From positions 1,947,696 to 2,011,695 of the forward strand of contig MU058540.1 in NCBI GenBank assembly GCA_013265495.1: a DNA stretch of 64,000 nt. Direction: 5' to 3'. How positions within the stretch are numbered: position 1 is the stretch's first letter; each line of letters begins with the position of its first letter. Below, piece after piece: positions 1-15,503 of this stretch. The stretch is from Vicugna vicugna (lineage: Eukaryota). Made by a program: the position numbers and the translations under genes. The notes below the pieces were generated by a model. The model saw only the letters and a list, made by a program, of their open reading frames with translations, did no database searches and was not told the DNA's origin.

Positions 1-143
1 GGAGGTGAATATTCAATGAATAAAGATATCTGTTGGCTTCCTGATGATGCCCCTTTAATGAGCCAGGCATTTTGTTCCCCGCTAGCCCCATTCTTTCCTG
101 CTGTTTTCTCCTAGACTTCTCCCCTCTGCTGTCCCCTACCCAG

Positions 144-222
144 GTCCAGCTCAAACCGAATTACTGTGTTGCCTTATGAAGGACAAGGCCCTAGAGCCAG
201 ACATGCAGGTTCTGATGCTGGG
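144..222 (+). CDS. FANCE: FANCE exon 7
   Basis: cag|GTCCAGCT..ATGCTGGG|gtgagt, 79 nt. Confidence 0.92.
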
Positions 223-3200
223 GTGAGTACACAGGCCCTCATGCTGCCCCCACCCCCTTCTCCAAGCCCGCTCGCAGTTCTGGGACGGGAGCTGGCTGGG
301 CATCAGACCCTGTGCCCAAAAGACGGGCAGCAGCACAGCCAACGCCCCCTGTCACTGCCCTGAACCCCATGGGCCTGTGCAAGTTGACTTCCCGTGTGCC
401 TTCCCAAGCTCAGGGTTCCAGTCAGGTGCCCAGGGAATGCAGAGAAGACGCTGGTGCTCCTGCTCTGGAGTTCACGGCATAGCTGGAACGTGGCACAGTG
501 GCTCAGAGCGCTGGCTTTGGAGTCAGACAGACATAGTTTACAGTCTCAGCCTTGTCTTAGATTTAAATATGTGAATTCAAACAGGTTAGTCCATCCTTCT
601 GAGCCTCTGTTTCCACATACAAAAAATAGGGATAATATGTATTCATTCCATAGGATTTTTCTAGATATTAAGTATAAAGAACTCAGCACAGGATTTGGCA
701 CCTAGTAAGTGTTCAAAAATTGTTATTAAATTGGTGTTAAGTTTGGGTATTAAAATTGGGGAATCAAGAAACAGTCATTGGACACCAATGTGAAATAGAA
801 AATGCTAAGTATAATGTGAGAAGGTGACAGTCTTTAAAATAATATCAACTGCCAGTTATCAAGCACTTTTCTGTGCTTTAGATTCATTACTTCAGTTAAT
901 CTTCATGCAATCCTGTGAGGTCAGTGCTGCTGTCACCTTAGAGATGGAAAAACTGAAGCTCAGAGAGGTTAAGGGACCTGGCCAGAAGTCACACAGCCAG
1001 TAAGTGAAAAAGCCTGGGATCAAACCCAAGTCTGTGCAACCAAGAAGCCACACTGTTTCCATGTGACATTCTGCCTTTCCAGACCAGCTGAGGACTGCAC
1101 AGCAGAGAAGGAGGTGTAGCTGGAGAGGACCTCACTGTGAAAACAGGATGCAGTCTTTTTTTCAGGAGACCTTTATACATCATTACCAGATCCTTCACTG
1201 TCAGCTCTGGAGTACTTGGGCTGTGGCCTTCCCTGCACTGAGTATGGGCTCACCAGGTGGCCACCAGCATCAGGAGGCTCTGACTACTTCCTCTGTTGAC
1301 TGAGAGTCTTGGCTGTCTCCAGGGCCTTTCCCTGCCTCGGGGCAGGAGCAGTAGATATCCAGGCGTGGGTGGGAGTCTGGGCTTTTCTCACTGGGGCTTG
1401 TGTTTGCAGACAGATCCTGGAGCTGCCGTGGAAGGAGGAGTCTTTCTTGGTGTTGCAATCACTCCTGGAGCGGCAGGTGAGCAGGCTGCGGTGCGAAGAG
1501 TGGGCAAAGAAGTGCTGCAGTGCTGTGAACGGGGGTGGGGCTCCTGGGTTTCTGACCCCTTTGGTGCAGGTAATGGAGGGGCAAGCAGGACAGCTGCCCT
1601 CCAGTAGGGTGCCCCATGACAGTGGGAGAGTCCTGGGGCTGGAAGGTTAGTAGCAGAGAGCTGACTGCATGGTGGATCCCAGCTCTGCTTCTTATGCTGT
1701 GTGGCCTTGGGGAGGGACTTTCTGATGTGTGAGTACAAATTTAATTTTATTTTTGAATAGGTAATAGATTCATATGTTCAAAAATTTTGAAAGCTTAAAA
1801 GGATATAGTGAAAAATTTCCCTCTAGCCATCCAGATTCCCCTCCCCAGGACTAATCAGTGTTACCAGTTACAGAACACTCCCAGAGATGTCTTATATAAA
1901 CAAGGACACATGTTTAAATTTACTTTTCCTCTGCTTTTTACATAGATGGTAACATACCAAGGTCATTACTCTTCTGTTCTTTGCCTTTTTAATTTGACAG
2001 GATTTTTTGGCAATTTTTCCATGTCAGTACCTAAAATTCTGACTCATGTGTTTATAACTTAGGTAGTTGACCTAACCTCTTTATGTCTCAGTTTCCTTAT
2101 CTGCAAAAGGGGAGCAATCATAGCACCTACCCTACAAAGTTGGGGTCAGGCTTAAATGGTGTAAGTGGTGTCATGTGCTCAGAATGGTACCAAATGCATA
2201 ATAAGTGTGTACTAAATTACTGCTTTGAAGAGCTATTGTTATTATGCTGGCAGTACCCCTTGGGACCTCTCCTTACATCTTCAACCACTAAACCACGCTA
2301 GTTGTTTGGCCTTCCTTTGGTCCTAATCTGAGCCTTTGCAATTGTAGCCACTGTTTTCTGAGACTTATGTGCCGGGCTTTATGTGCATTATCTCATTTAA
2401 TCCTTTTCTCAGTCTTCAGAGTTAAATATTATGAGTCCCATTTTGCAGATGTGGATACTGAGGCTTAGTTGGCTTAAGTGACCAGTCCAGGATCACCTAG
2501 TTAGGAAGTGGTAGAGTTAGAAATTGAATCTAGGGCCCTAACTTGTGCTACTGTCCCATCTCCTAATGTGTGCAGGTGGAGATGCCGCCTGAGAAGTTCA
2601 ATGTGTTGATGGAGAAACTTTATAAAGAGGGGCCAGCAGCCACCATGTCAATGGCCTATGCCAAGCTCATGCTGACCGTGATGACCAAGTATCAGGCTAA
2701 TGTGAGTGTTCATTTGGCCACGAGGGTTGGTCCTGCTGCTCTGAGCCTGCCAGGGGGATGTATGAATATCTGCCAGGACCTCAAGCCCAGCTGGGGAATG
2801 AGACTGCTTAGGAGATCCTTCATCCAGCCAAAACCACAGTGGGCCAAATACTACATGGGGCACTGGGGGATCAATAGTGACCATGATGCAGTCCCTGTCC
2901 TTGACTTGACCCTCTACCCTGGTGCCAGGCTAGTGAGAGGGGAGAGAGGTGATACACAGATCATTGTAATATATGGTAGGAGCCAGGTGAGAGGTGTGCA
3001 CAGGGCATTTGATGACAGAGGAGGAGGGGCCAACTAAACTTTGTGGTTGGGAGCTGGGACAGGCTTTCTGACTCTTAAGGGTGCCTGTTGGTCAAGGGCT
3101 GAGATGGAGTAAAGGGCATTCCAGGTAAAAGAAATACGGTGAGCGTGAATGTCAGAGGGGATCTGCAGATAGCTGGGGCCTAAAAACTTGAGAGTGGATG

Positions 3201-4315
3201 GTGGTAGGAGATGAGGTTAGAGAGCTAAAATACTGAGAGCTAATACTTGCATAGCCCCTGCTATGTCCTAGGCCCCCCGTTCTAAGCCCTTTACGTATGT
3301 TAACTTGCTGGTTTATTCCGTGTTAGTCCTATGAGAAGATACTATTACTAGCTCCGTTTCATAGGTGAGGAAATTGAGACTCGGGTTAAAGTAACCTGCC
3401 CAAGGTCACACTGCCCTGCCAGGACATGGTAGCATCTTATGGAGGGCCCTACAGGTTGGGAGGAGCTTGGACTTAGTCCTGAAGGCCAGGTGTTCTTGGC
3501 TATTGGCTCTTTACCCTTCTCTGAGGAGTCACAGGCCCCTTTGATGATTTGATGAAAGCTAGACATCCTCCCAGGAAAATGAAAATATGAATGCACATCT
3601 GATGCACAATTTCAGGAGATTCCTGGATCCTCTGGAAACTCTCTGTAGATCCTGGAAGAAGGGCCTCCAGTATGAGGCATCAGGAGTTATCTTGGGGCCT
3701 TCAGCTGGAGTGACTTGGTCAGATTTGCATTCTATAAAGAAGCGTCTGGCCTTTGTAAGGAGTGGGTATTGGAGAGTGAAGATAGAGGGTAAAGACCTGT
3801 CAGGAGGTTGTAGCAACAGGTCAGGGAAGGAAAAGTGTGGCCCAGAGGGAAAGTGGCAGCCACAATGGAGTGTCTCTGAACCTCAGTCTCCTCATCTATA
3901 AAATGGGAGGGTTGTGAGGATTACATGAAGTAATGCATAGAAAGTGCTGCCACATAGTAAGCACCTAATGATTGTCAGCAGTTATTAATGTGACTGACTT
4001 AGCAATTTGTGCAGTTAGTATCTTACCCAGGGTTACCTGAATCCAAAGACCTTGCTTAACCATGGTGAGATAATGAGGTTAGATTGCTCAGGGAGTCATT
4101 GCCTCCTATTGTCCTTGTGTCCTGGATTCCTATCTTCTAACTAAACAGCCCCAGGGAAGAGGGCAGAGGGGAGGGATCAGCTGGTGAAGTCCTGACAGGA
4201 TTCTTCTTTCCAGATCACTGAGATCCAGAGACTGGGCCTGGCCGCAGCCATCGAGTTCAACACCACATTCCTGAGGAAGTCCCTGCAGGCTGCCCTGAGA
4301 CATCTGGCCCTCTGA
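144..4315 (+). CDS. FANCE: Fanconi anemia group E protein, 3' part (last 4 exons; gene begins upstream of window)
   Basis: join(144-222,1410-1476,2576-2701,4214-4315); all GT-AG and in frame; reads ..[89 protein letters not shown], matching the FANCE C-terminus. Confidence 0.95.
860..1060 (-). mobile_element. MIR SINE (representative; more copies near 2060, 2360, 3240, 3870, 19580, 21520, 25730, 36050, 39530, 40880, 47590, 51330, 54400, 55020)
   Basis: MIR core ..agatggaaaaactgaagctcagagaggttaag..cacacagc. Confidence 0.7.
1410..1476 (+). CDS. FANCE: FANCE exon 8
   Basis: tttgcag|ACAGATC..CGGCAG|gtgagc, 67 nt, [10 protein letters not shown]. Confidence 0.93.
2576..2701 (+). CDS. FANCE: FANCE exon 9
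   Basis: tgcag|GTGGAGATG..GCTAAT|gtgagt, 126 nt. Confidence 0.94.
4214..4315 (+). CDS. FANCE: FANCE last coding exon
   Basis: ttccag|ATCACT.., TGA at 4313-4315. Confidence 0.94.
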   Translation: MTEIQRLGLAAAIEFNTTFLRKSLQAALRHLAL

Positions 4316-4767
4316 CCATCCACCAAGGGACCACCCTCCTGGAGCTCCCTCACCAGCTTCCTAAAGGACACTTCGGCCCTGGGCACCTCATCCTGACTCC
4401 TCATGTGGGGTAAAGGTTGAGCTTGGCCTTCCTAGGGATCACCTGCCTCTGGGCAGCAGGCTGCAGAGAGGTCATCTGGGCCTCCCAGCCAGCAGGGAGG
4501 GTCCCAGTCTTCGGGGACTGGATGAACTATATTACTAAGGGCTGCTGACTGTGAGCTCCCTCCTTGTCACTTCTCCCTCAGGCTGTGGGGACAGAAACTT
4601 TAAGGTAGGCCTCAGTAGGGTCCAACCAGACGCAGAGCGGACGAATGATACTCCAGGAGCTCTGGGGGACCTGTGTGCTCAGCACAAATCTCTTATTCTC
4701 AGGTGTATGTTAACGATCTTCTGTGTTCTTGTTTCTGACTTGAATAATAATTTATCAACAGTATTTT

Positions 4768-4773
4768 ATTAAA
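4768..4773 (+). terminator. Probable FANCE poly(A) signal ATTAAA
   Basis: ATTAAA in an AT-rich patch ~450 nt after the stop, followed by GT/T-rich sequence. Confidence 0.6.
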
Positions 4774-5794
4774 AACAGGAGGCTCAATTATGTCTTATTA
4801 GAAGCAGGACCTGCCTTCGTCTTAACTGAGTATTTGTTGAAAACACACCACCACCACCACCTCTGTCCCGCCCCCCCGTCAGTGGCTAGCGGCGTCTTTT
4901 TCCCTATGAAGTGTTCTGTTAAGGGAAGGTGGTAGAAGTCCCAAGTTCATTCACGTTCTGTGTGCCAGATAATGTGACACCACGCACCCCAACCCTACCA
5001 GAGCTGTCTGTTGAGCAGGGGACTCCTGAGCACTGTGGGGAGGGGGACTGAAGGTGGGAGTGATCAGCCTGGAGCTGGAGAAGGCTTTTGGGGCAGGTGG
5101 TATTTGAGGCGGGATCTGAGGGGCTCCTGGGGTTACTGTGGACAGAGCAGAGGATGGGGCCTGTTGGACAGGCAGAAGGGGTATGCAATACTGTAGGCGT
5201 GTGTTTTACATCTTCATATTTATTCCCAAAGCACTTAGCTAGGTGCCTTATTCATAGTAAACACTTAACCTGTAGATGTTACTGAGTCAACTATCAGGTG
5301 AAAGTTCATTACAGAACCTTCCCCGCTCTTCCCCACTGCAGACCCTGAGGGGCCGGAACAGCTCTTGACGTTTCCCTTCTCACAACCTCCTCGGGGGCCA
5401 TGAGCCCGCGCTAGAACAAGGTGAGGCAGAGAGGTCAGGAGTAAAGCCAGCTTTTGAGAACAAGCAGGTGTGGAAGGCAGGAGGAAGCGGGGGCAGGTTT
5501 GAGCGACAAACGTGCAGGAACTGCAATACTTCTGGCGGCCGTCACAGTGCGGTGCCTAGTAGTGTAACTCCTGCAGCTTGAGCCCTGGACCCGGTCTCTT
5601 CCCTAAGAGCCTGGTAGCAGCCGGCGCGAAAGTGGGTATACTAAGTTGCCACGGGGCCCCCGTCACCGCCGCATCTCGGGTCGCCGCGCGCGGGTCTAAA
5701 GATGCAACGCGCGCCGGTGGCGCCCTCTCGCGGCCGCGGGCGGCGCCCCCCAACCCCGGGACTGAGTTGCCTGACCGTGCTCAAGAAGGAAGCC

Positions 5795-5875
5795 ACCGGA
5801 AGTAGGTATCTCTCGCGAGAATAAGGCCCTATTTGAACGCATGCGCGAGCAGAGTTTGTCTTTTTCCCTGTTTTC
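5795..5875 (+). promoter_or_regulatory. RPL10A core promoter: ETS/GABP, BANP, TATA-like, NRF1-like, TCT initiator / 5'TOP
   Basis: ACCGGAAGT 5795-5803; TCTCGCGAGA 5811-5820; TATTTGAA 5830-5837; CGCATGCGC 5838-5846; pyrimidine tract TCTTTTTCCCTGTTTTC from 5859, ~30 nt before the ATG. Confidence 0.8.
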
Positions 5876-5890
5876 GCAGAGCGAGGCATC

Positions 5891-8256
<2,366 letters not shown>

Positions 8257-8266
8257 GGCACAGCTT

Positions 8267-8272
8267 AATAAA
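8267..8272 (+). terminator. RPL10A poly(A) signal AATAAA
   Basis: AATAAA 10 nt after the stop codon. Confidence 0.9.
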
Positions 8273-8993
8273 CCAGCTGCCACCATTATCTGTCTCCTGT
8301 GGCTATGGGGAGGGAGGTGCTTTGGAAGCTGACCTTGTGCGCTACAGCACTGCTCTGATGGCCCAGTGAAGGTTTGTTAGTCCTTCACTACAAACAAGGC
8401 AGGGCATTCTTCTTCAATGCCTTGCAGTCTTGGATAAGTATCTCTTGGATACTTAAAATGTTACATTAGGGCTGCTAAATCAGGACTGAAGCTTTTAGAA
8501 AAACAGTGGAGCAGATCAGGGCCCCAACCTGTACTGCTGCGGCTGGTTACCAGTGCAAGGGCAGGGGTGGAACCTTCACATCAGCAGCATGTTTAACCTA
8601 TGTCCTGAAGTTGCTTCTCTTTATTTTGTTTGGAGAGTTTTTTTTTTAACCCGTCTAAATTATTTGGGGTCTTGGTCTGTATGGATCCCAAGGAACCCAA
8701 GATTAGTCTGGTCCATCTAATACTTGACCCCAAATTGAGTACCACGAAATTTGGGGTAGGGTTTACTAGGTGAGATGCTTAGGAAAAAAATTAGAAGACC
8801 TGGTAACACTGATCCATGGATCCTGTTTTCTAGGGGAATTTAGGGTGGAATCCAACTGGAAACTTAGGCCTTCTCCCTTCCTGGGGAACTTCTGTTGGGA
8901 GTTCATCCACCTCAGTACTGGAAAGGTAGCTTCTGGTGTGGGAAGTAACTGTGGTCCAACCTTTGACTTTGCTCCATTTAATTTTGGTAAAGG

Positions 8994-9045
8994 TTTTGAC
9001 ATAACACTGTAAAATGATTATGAATCAATAAAAAATGTAAAAAAA
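8994..9045 (+). mobile_element. Very short 5'-truncated retroposon insertion (probably an L1 3' tail)
   Basis: 14-nt target-site duplication (TSD) AATTTTGGTAAAGG at 8980-8993 and 9046-9059; insert ends with AATAAA and an A-tail. Confidence 0.7.
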
Positions 9046-9462
9046 AATTTTGGTAAAGGAACCAAAGCTGAAAGGCTAATCCAAAGCATAAGCTAAAATG
9101 CACAAAACTAGCTTTATCTGTGTTCGAAAGATGAATGCAAAGTATTCACAAAAAGGATTTGTCATTTTAGCTTTTAAGTTAATTGCAGGTAAAGTAACCA
9201 TAATCCTTGTGATGAGCAGCAAATTTTGGTTCTCAAAGTGACAGGTCTAGCTTGCGCCTTCCCCTGGTACTTGAACAGTGTTCCCAGTAGATAAGGAGAG
9301 GAAAAAGCTGGCTGTAAAACTAGGACCCAATTATATTGAAAGGAAAAACTTTTATGTGTAGCGATTGGAAGCTTACATACCAAAATGTTGGTTTATATTC
9401 AAAGCTAGGAGTTAAATGAAGGGAGTTGTAGAAGTTGTAAGGTGTTTAAAAAGGCAACACTT

Positions 9463-9547
9463 GAGGGAAGGTATAGCTCAAGTGGTAGAGCACATGGGTT
9501 AACATGCATGAGATCCTGGGTTCAATCCTCAGTACCTCCCACAAAAC
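9463..9547 (+). mobile_element. tRNA-derived SINE (Vic-1-like)
   Basis: A box TAGCTCAAGTGG, B box GGTTCAATCC; perfect 15-nt TSD AAAAAGGCAACACTT at 9448-9462 and 9548-9562. Confidence 0.85.
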
Positions 9548-11478
9548 AAAAAGGCAACACTTAATAAAGCAAGAAAATATGAGTGCACTTTATGCCCCCT
9601 CTCTTGCAAAGCTGAGTACAGCGGGAGAGAGCAGGTCCCTCGTGCTTGCTAAGGTGGGCCCTGGCAGCCAAGATCTTAAGAGGTGATGATCACAGGGTCT
9701 GAGATAAACCACTTACAGGAGCCAGAAGGGCCTGTGCCAGCCGCCATGCTGTTACAAGTAATGTGGCAGAGCAAGGGTGTCACAGGATTCTGACCAGGCA
9801 TATACTGTGTGTACAAGGCCAGCTGTGTACTGCCTGTGGGCTGAGGCCTCCCCACTGCCTGAGTCCCAGCTCTTCCGCTTAGCAGCCACAGGAGCCTGTT
9901 CAGCCACCCTATTAACTTCTAGAAAACTCTCCTGAAAGTGTAGCTGATACCTACCTAAACCCATGACATGCTTTGCATGGTGCCAGGCACTTAGTACTCA
10001 AAAACACAAGCTGTAAAACAGTAAATAGGTACAGCTACGTACGGATGTGTACCGGCCCTGGTACGTGAGTACCTTGCCTGGCTCATTGGCGGTTAGGACG
10101 GATGGAATGGAGGCCGTCCTGAGGACGTATCAATGGGGAGACAAAGGTGCCTTCAAAATCAGTCACATCTTCCTGTTTGAAAACTGCCAAGGATTGAAAT
10201 CCTTAAAAATAGTTTTGGAAATTCTGTGGATATTTAAAAAAAAAAAAAAACTTGGTAACTTGGGTCTTCCTGGATTATTGATTTGAGTCACCTGAATTTA
10301 AATCAAACCCACTCCACTTTATATTAAGCCTTATTATGTATTGGGGTAGAAGTCCTTCAACACCAACTCTACGCTTAACGAACACTGACGCACCTCTTTC
10401 TGCTGGTCTGTGCACCACTGCCCTCCAGGGGCGCAGAGCACCACAAAAAAAGGAAGGAGTAGGAGACAGAATAGGAAAGTAAAGCAAATGGAGAACACGT
10501 GTGGTGACAGACTGGATTATAAGGTTGAACTATTGTAATCAAACCCCAGCCTCTAGGATGATTAAAGCTTTGTGTGCACCTGAGTTAGAATAAAAGTTTC
10601 AGGTATCGGGGGAGCCCCAGTTCTCCAGCATTTGTGCTACAGGGAAATAAAGAGCCCCCATGAGTCCCCTGCACAGTGCTCGGACCTTGATTGTGGAATT
10701 TACAAAATGATGGCATTCCTCTCTCCCCTAGGGATGTTGGAAGGGAGAAACAGAGGAGCAGGACAAACAGGACTACTGGCCTCTTCTTTGGGCCCTTGCT
10801 TTCTTGGCCATTCCCTACAGCTTCCCGCAGAATCTTGAGCAGGGAGAGCCACTTCCAGGAGAGTCCTGGGCTTTAGGCTCTCGAGACCCACCTTTTTATT
10901 CTGGTTTTTCCCTCTTTGAGGGACCTCAAAACCATGTAGTTATCACCCACCCTTGACCTGTAAACAGTTGTGTGTTGGGGGGTGGTAAGCAACAAGGCCA
11001 GTCACAGTTCACTTCTCAAGTTTTCTGCATGAGAGACCTACACTATTCTAAGAGAAATTACCTGAAGGCTGTTTACTCCAGGAGAGTGAAGGCAACAACC
11101 CACGTGATGATTCCAGCACCCAACAGATGTAGTCATCTATTAGATTGGATTTTGCATCCAGCCCTAAGCGTAGCACATTGTAGATCCTTCATAAACCAAT
11201 TTCTGCCTCCAGGATCTCCTCCCACCTGGCTGGGGCTCCAGGCACCCTCCCCATCCTGTAAGTGACAGTCTAGGGTCCCTCCAATGCAGTGGACCAAGAA
11301 AAAAGGCCATCTGATTAACAGTATACCAGGTGCATGTGCCTGGAGTCAGGCAGCCCAGGTTCAAATATTAGTGTTGCCACTGACAGCTGAGTGAGGAGAG
11401 CATTTAACTTCAATCTGTTTCTCCATCTGCAAATTGGAGGTTGGATGAGAATGCTCTAGAAGATGCTAGATTCTAGAG

Positions 11479-11700
11479 TAGGGTTGCCAGATTTAGCAAA
11501 TGAAAATACACAATGCCAGGGGGAGGGTATAGCTCAACTGGTAGAGTGCATGCTTAGCATGCATGAGGTCCCGGGTTCAATTCCCAGCACTCCGTTAAGT
11601 AAATAAATAAACATAATTACCTCCCCCCTCAAAAAAACTTTAAAAGTAAAATAAAAAAATACATGATGCCCAGTTAAATTTGACTTTCTGATAATTAACA
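11479..11700 (+). mobile_element. MER53-like DNA transposon fragment, interrupted by a SINE
   Basis: AGGGTTGCCAGATTTAGCAAAT..GCCCAGTTAAATTTGA recalled as the MER53 end. Confidence 0.6.
11519..11655 (+). mobile_element. tRNA-derived SINE (Vic-1-like)
   Basis: GGGGAGGGTATAGCTCAACTGGTAGAG..GGTTCAATTCC..A-rich tail; imperfect TSD at 11503-11517 and 11656-11670. Confidence 0.85.
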
Positions 11701-12272
11701 CATGTCCATTGAGGATACACTCCTCCACTCCCTACTCCGGGGTCCCTGCTGTGTGAGCGCAGGATGGCTCAGGAGAGGTTTTCCCAAGCAAATAGGAGCA
11801 GGTTTGGAGTCCTGCTTCCCTAGCTAGCAGCCTTCCACCTGGGCGGGCACTCACCTCCCGGCAGCCCCTTCCCTTGCAGAAGGAAGACTGGGCGGAGAGA
11901 ACCAGTTAGCAGTCACTGAGAACTGTGGGGCTTTAATGAGGGTACTGAAGTCACCTGAGGCAAGTCTTAAAGCCTTCACTTAAAGAAGCAACGCAACATA
12001 AAGAGCTCAGACCAGCACTGGCCACGTTGCAGTGCTCACTCAGGGCAGGAGGGGCAGGAGAAAGTTCGAGCTGGCAAGGTTTTCACAGGACCTTTGAATC
12101 TTCATACCTATTTTGAGTGTGGGGAGCACTGGTGGACCCCAGCAGAGACGGAGTGAGGTGGGGTGACATCAGGACTTCTCAACCCAACCCCAAGTGGATA
12201 CTCTCCTTCCCCCCAAAGCTGTCCCACAACTGGCACACAACTGGTCATATGACTAACCCACAAACAAATAAC

Positions 12273-12278
12273 TTTAAT
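12273..12278 (-). terminator. Candidate TEAD3 poly(A) signal ATTAAA (second candidate at 11932-11937)
   Basis: TTTAAT on + strand, followed on - strand by GT/T-rich sequence. Confidence 0.55.
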
Positions 12279-13539
12279 TTTTTTTTTTTGAGCAGGAGCC
12301 CGGCTTTGAGGGCTCCTGCCCCAGCCTCACGCCACATTTATGATATAACCCATCACAGCTGGATTTAAAAAATACACAAAATATATATAATATACATTAT
12401 AAAACCTAGGTTGGGTTTGGAGGTGGCCTGAGCGGTATGCAAACTGTGAGGACCTTCAGGAAGCTCAGGGGCGGGGTGAGGAAGGGAAGGGGCACAGTAC
12501 TTCATATGAAACTTATAAATACCCAGAGGCGGCTGGAGGACAAGGCTGGAGGTTGAGGGCCCTGGGGGTTGGGAATGGGCAGCAGGGTAAGGGTGAACCT
12601 TCAGTCCCAGACTGGGTCTGGGGAGCTGCTGCTCCAGCCAGAGAGACGCAGGTGGGGAAAACGAGGGCATGGTGCCCAGCGAGGGTGCACCAGTTAGGTG
12701 AAAATACCATAGCCTTCTGCTACCTTGTCCCTGGGCCACTGGTCTGCCCAGGGACTGGGACTCCATCTTCCTACCTGACCCTCTAGCCTGTTCCTGAGCC
12801 TGGGCCTGCCCGCAGGAGCCTCTCGGGGGCTGCCAGTTGCGGGGCTCGGGCCCGGATCTGGGCCAAGCAGCCTGGAGGTCGGCACAGGAGTCTCCCGAAG
12901 CGCCTGGCCAGATGGCAGGCTGGCAGGGCTCTGGGAGGAAGTGGGTCCCCGACCCAGCTGGCCCCAGCCCCTCAGTGCAGACCCTGCCTCCCACACCCTG
13001 TGGCCGCCCCCACTCGGGGGAGGTAGTGTAAACCTGGGCCCAGGGACAGGCCACCTGGGTGAGAACTCCAGCTCTGCCCACATCACTGACGGATCCCTCA
13101 GCCCAAACACCAAGACCTGCCCTTGCCCTGCAGGGTCTGAGCGTTCTGCACCAGGCCTGGCACACGGCCAGCCCAGGGAGGTGGGCGCCTCTCTCTTCTT
13201 CTCAACCCAACCCCAAGTGGACACTCTCTTTCCAGGGGTCTCCATTCTGCCCCCACCCACCTGAGGGGCCAGTGGCCACACACGCCTGAGCCAGAAGGGG
13301 TCCTCCCACTCTTTCCAGGCTGGTGGTTCAGCATCCCGGCCAGGCTGCTCCACCGCTGAGCCCTCCTCTCTTCTCCCACAATTAAAGCGCAGAACAGTGG
13401 CAGGGAGTGTGTGTGCTGGGGGTGGGGGGAGGCCTCCTAGGTCCTGGGCCTGAGGCCTGGCAGGCGGATGAGTCCTCAATCCTGGACCCGGGGGTGCCAG
13501 GCAGGTGTGTAAATCGTGGTGGTGGGGGCAGAGAGCACC

Positions 13540-13653
13540 CTAGTCTTTGACGAGTTTGTAGACGTGGTGCTGGGCCCCATGTTCACTGGTGGAGACTTCA
13601 AAGACGAAAGCAATGACGAGCAGGGTCTCTTGGGAGTCCCGGCTTGTGACCAC
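13540..13653 (-). CDS. TEAD3: TEAD3 last coding exon
   Basis: [37 protein letters not shown]. Confidence 0.95.
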   Translation of the reverse strand: MVTSRDSQETLLVIAFVFEVSTSEHGAQHHVYKLVKD

Positions 13654-15471
13654 CTGGGAGCCGGGCAGGAAGACGCGAGAGGTCAGGCGGCACAGGGCCA
13701 TGGGGTGTGGGGGCTGAGCAGACCTTTCTCTTTCTGGGCCTCAGTCTCATCTGAAGCATGGGTCTGGCCACCCCTACTTAGAGGCCCCTGTACCGAGGGC
13801 CCCCTGTGACCCCCCACAACCCTCACAGCCCCACACCTGCAGGATGGTGAAGTTCTCCAGGACGCTGTTCATCATGTACTTCTCGGGCAGGTGTTTCAGC
13901 TTGTGGATGAAGTTGATCATGTACTCACACATGGGCGAGCGGTGGATGCGGTACACGAAGCGCCCGTTCTCCAGCCTGGCGTACTCGGTCTGCCGAGAGC
14001 CACGGGGCATCAATTGGCCTGCCGACTCCCAGCCCCACCGGGCCACCCCGGGGCCCCCACTCACCTCCACCTTCTCCACCACCTGCTTGCCAAAGGAGCA
14101 CACCTTGGTGGAGACACTGATGGTCATGCTGTCAGCCGAGCTGTACTGGGAGCTGACCCCATAGAAGGCTCCGGGGCCTTCTTGGATGGTGCTGTTGAGG
14201 TCCGCCTGGAGGAGGTGGTGGATGGTGTCAGGTGCTGGTGGAGGCTGAGGCAGGCTTCCCACCCTAATGCCACACTAGTCCCGCCCAGAGATCCATCTCC
14301 CACCTTGTGCCCTGTACAGGCCCCCCGGAGAGAGGGCAGGGTCAGGGGTTAGTGGGGTGGGCCCAGGTGTACTGCACTTCTCAGGGTTGGGGTCATTGGG
14401 AGCAGAGAGTGACCAGAGCAGCTCACCCAGAACTTGACGAGGAAGAAGGCATTGGGGGGCCCCTTCTCATAGAGCTCCTTCAGTCCCCCTTTCTTCTCTG
14501 GGAACTTGTCATAGATCTGACGCACGTCCACTGCCTCCAGGGGTGGGTCTGAGAAGGCGGGGTTGGTCTGGCCGATGTGCACAAACAGGTGTTTGCTGTA
14601 CTGTGGGGAGGGCCCCGGACCGGGTCAGGAGAGCACCGAGTGTGTGGGCCTGGGCAGCTGCACCCGGACATACCTGCCCTGTGGCTTCCCAACCCATGAC
14701 TCTGAGATATGGCCCCGGATCACCACCTCCAGGGTCTCTCCACGAGCGCACAGACCCTTGCCTCCACCCCCTACATTACCGTGTCAGGGTCTCGCTGCAC
14801 CTCCATGAAGGCGGAGTACTCGAGGAGCCGCAGTCGGGAGGAGGCAATGGTGCGGTCCTGCCACACGGGCACAGAGGCAGCAGCTGAGGGGAGCGGTGCC
14901 AGGGGCTCATAACCTGGGAGGAGGAGATAGACCCTTGTCTGCATGGGTGTGGGCGTGGCAGCACACGTTGCTGCCCCCCTGCACAGCGCCTTTGTGTGAG
15001 TTAGAAAATGGTGCCCCTTCTGTGAAGGAATACAGGCTGGATTTTGACTCCCCTGCCAGGTGTCCTTGTACAGTGCACAACCTGCACCACTGTGTGAGGT
15101 GGCCCTAGTAGTGGATTTTTCCTCATGTCACTATTAATGTGTGTGCATACAGATAAGGAAAAAGGGAAAAATTAACCATATAACTGAATCACCTTACTGT
15201 ACACCTGAAACTAAGATTGTAAATCAACTTAAATAAAAAAATTTTGAAAAAATGATTCAGAATCCAACACCTAGAGCAAGTAAAACTTTAAGATTTCAGT
15301 GTACTTCCTTACAAGGAATTAAATGTTACATATATATAAATACATATATCAATGTAATAATCATGGTCGTGTGTACTTGTAGCAGTCCTGGAAGCAACAT
15401 TGTAAAAGGTAAGGGGGCTACTCCTGGTCTGTCTCAATCTCCTCCAGACCCCTCCCACTACACACACACAG

Positions 15472-15503
<32 letters not shown>

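Noticed and set aside
9463..9547. tRNA-like sequences (also 11519, 19999, 61229)
   Set aside because: No complete cloverleaf; A-rich tails and (in three copies) TSDs mark them as SINEs
12365..13479. 261-266 aa ORFs on the - strand
   Set aside because: GC-rich TEAD3 3' UTR, GTG starts, low-complexity translation
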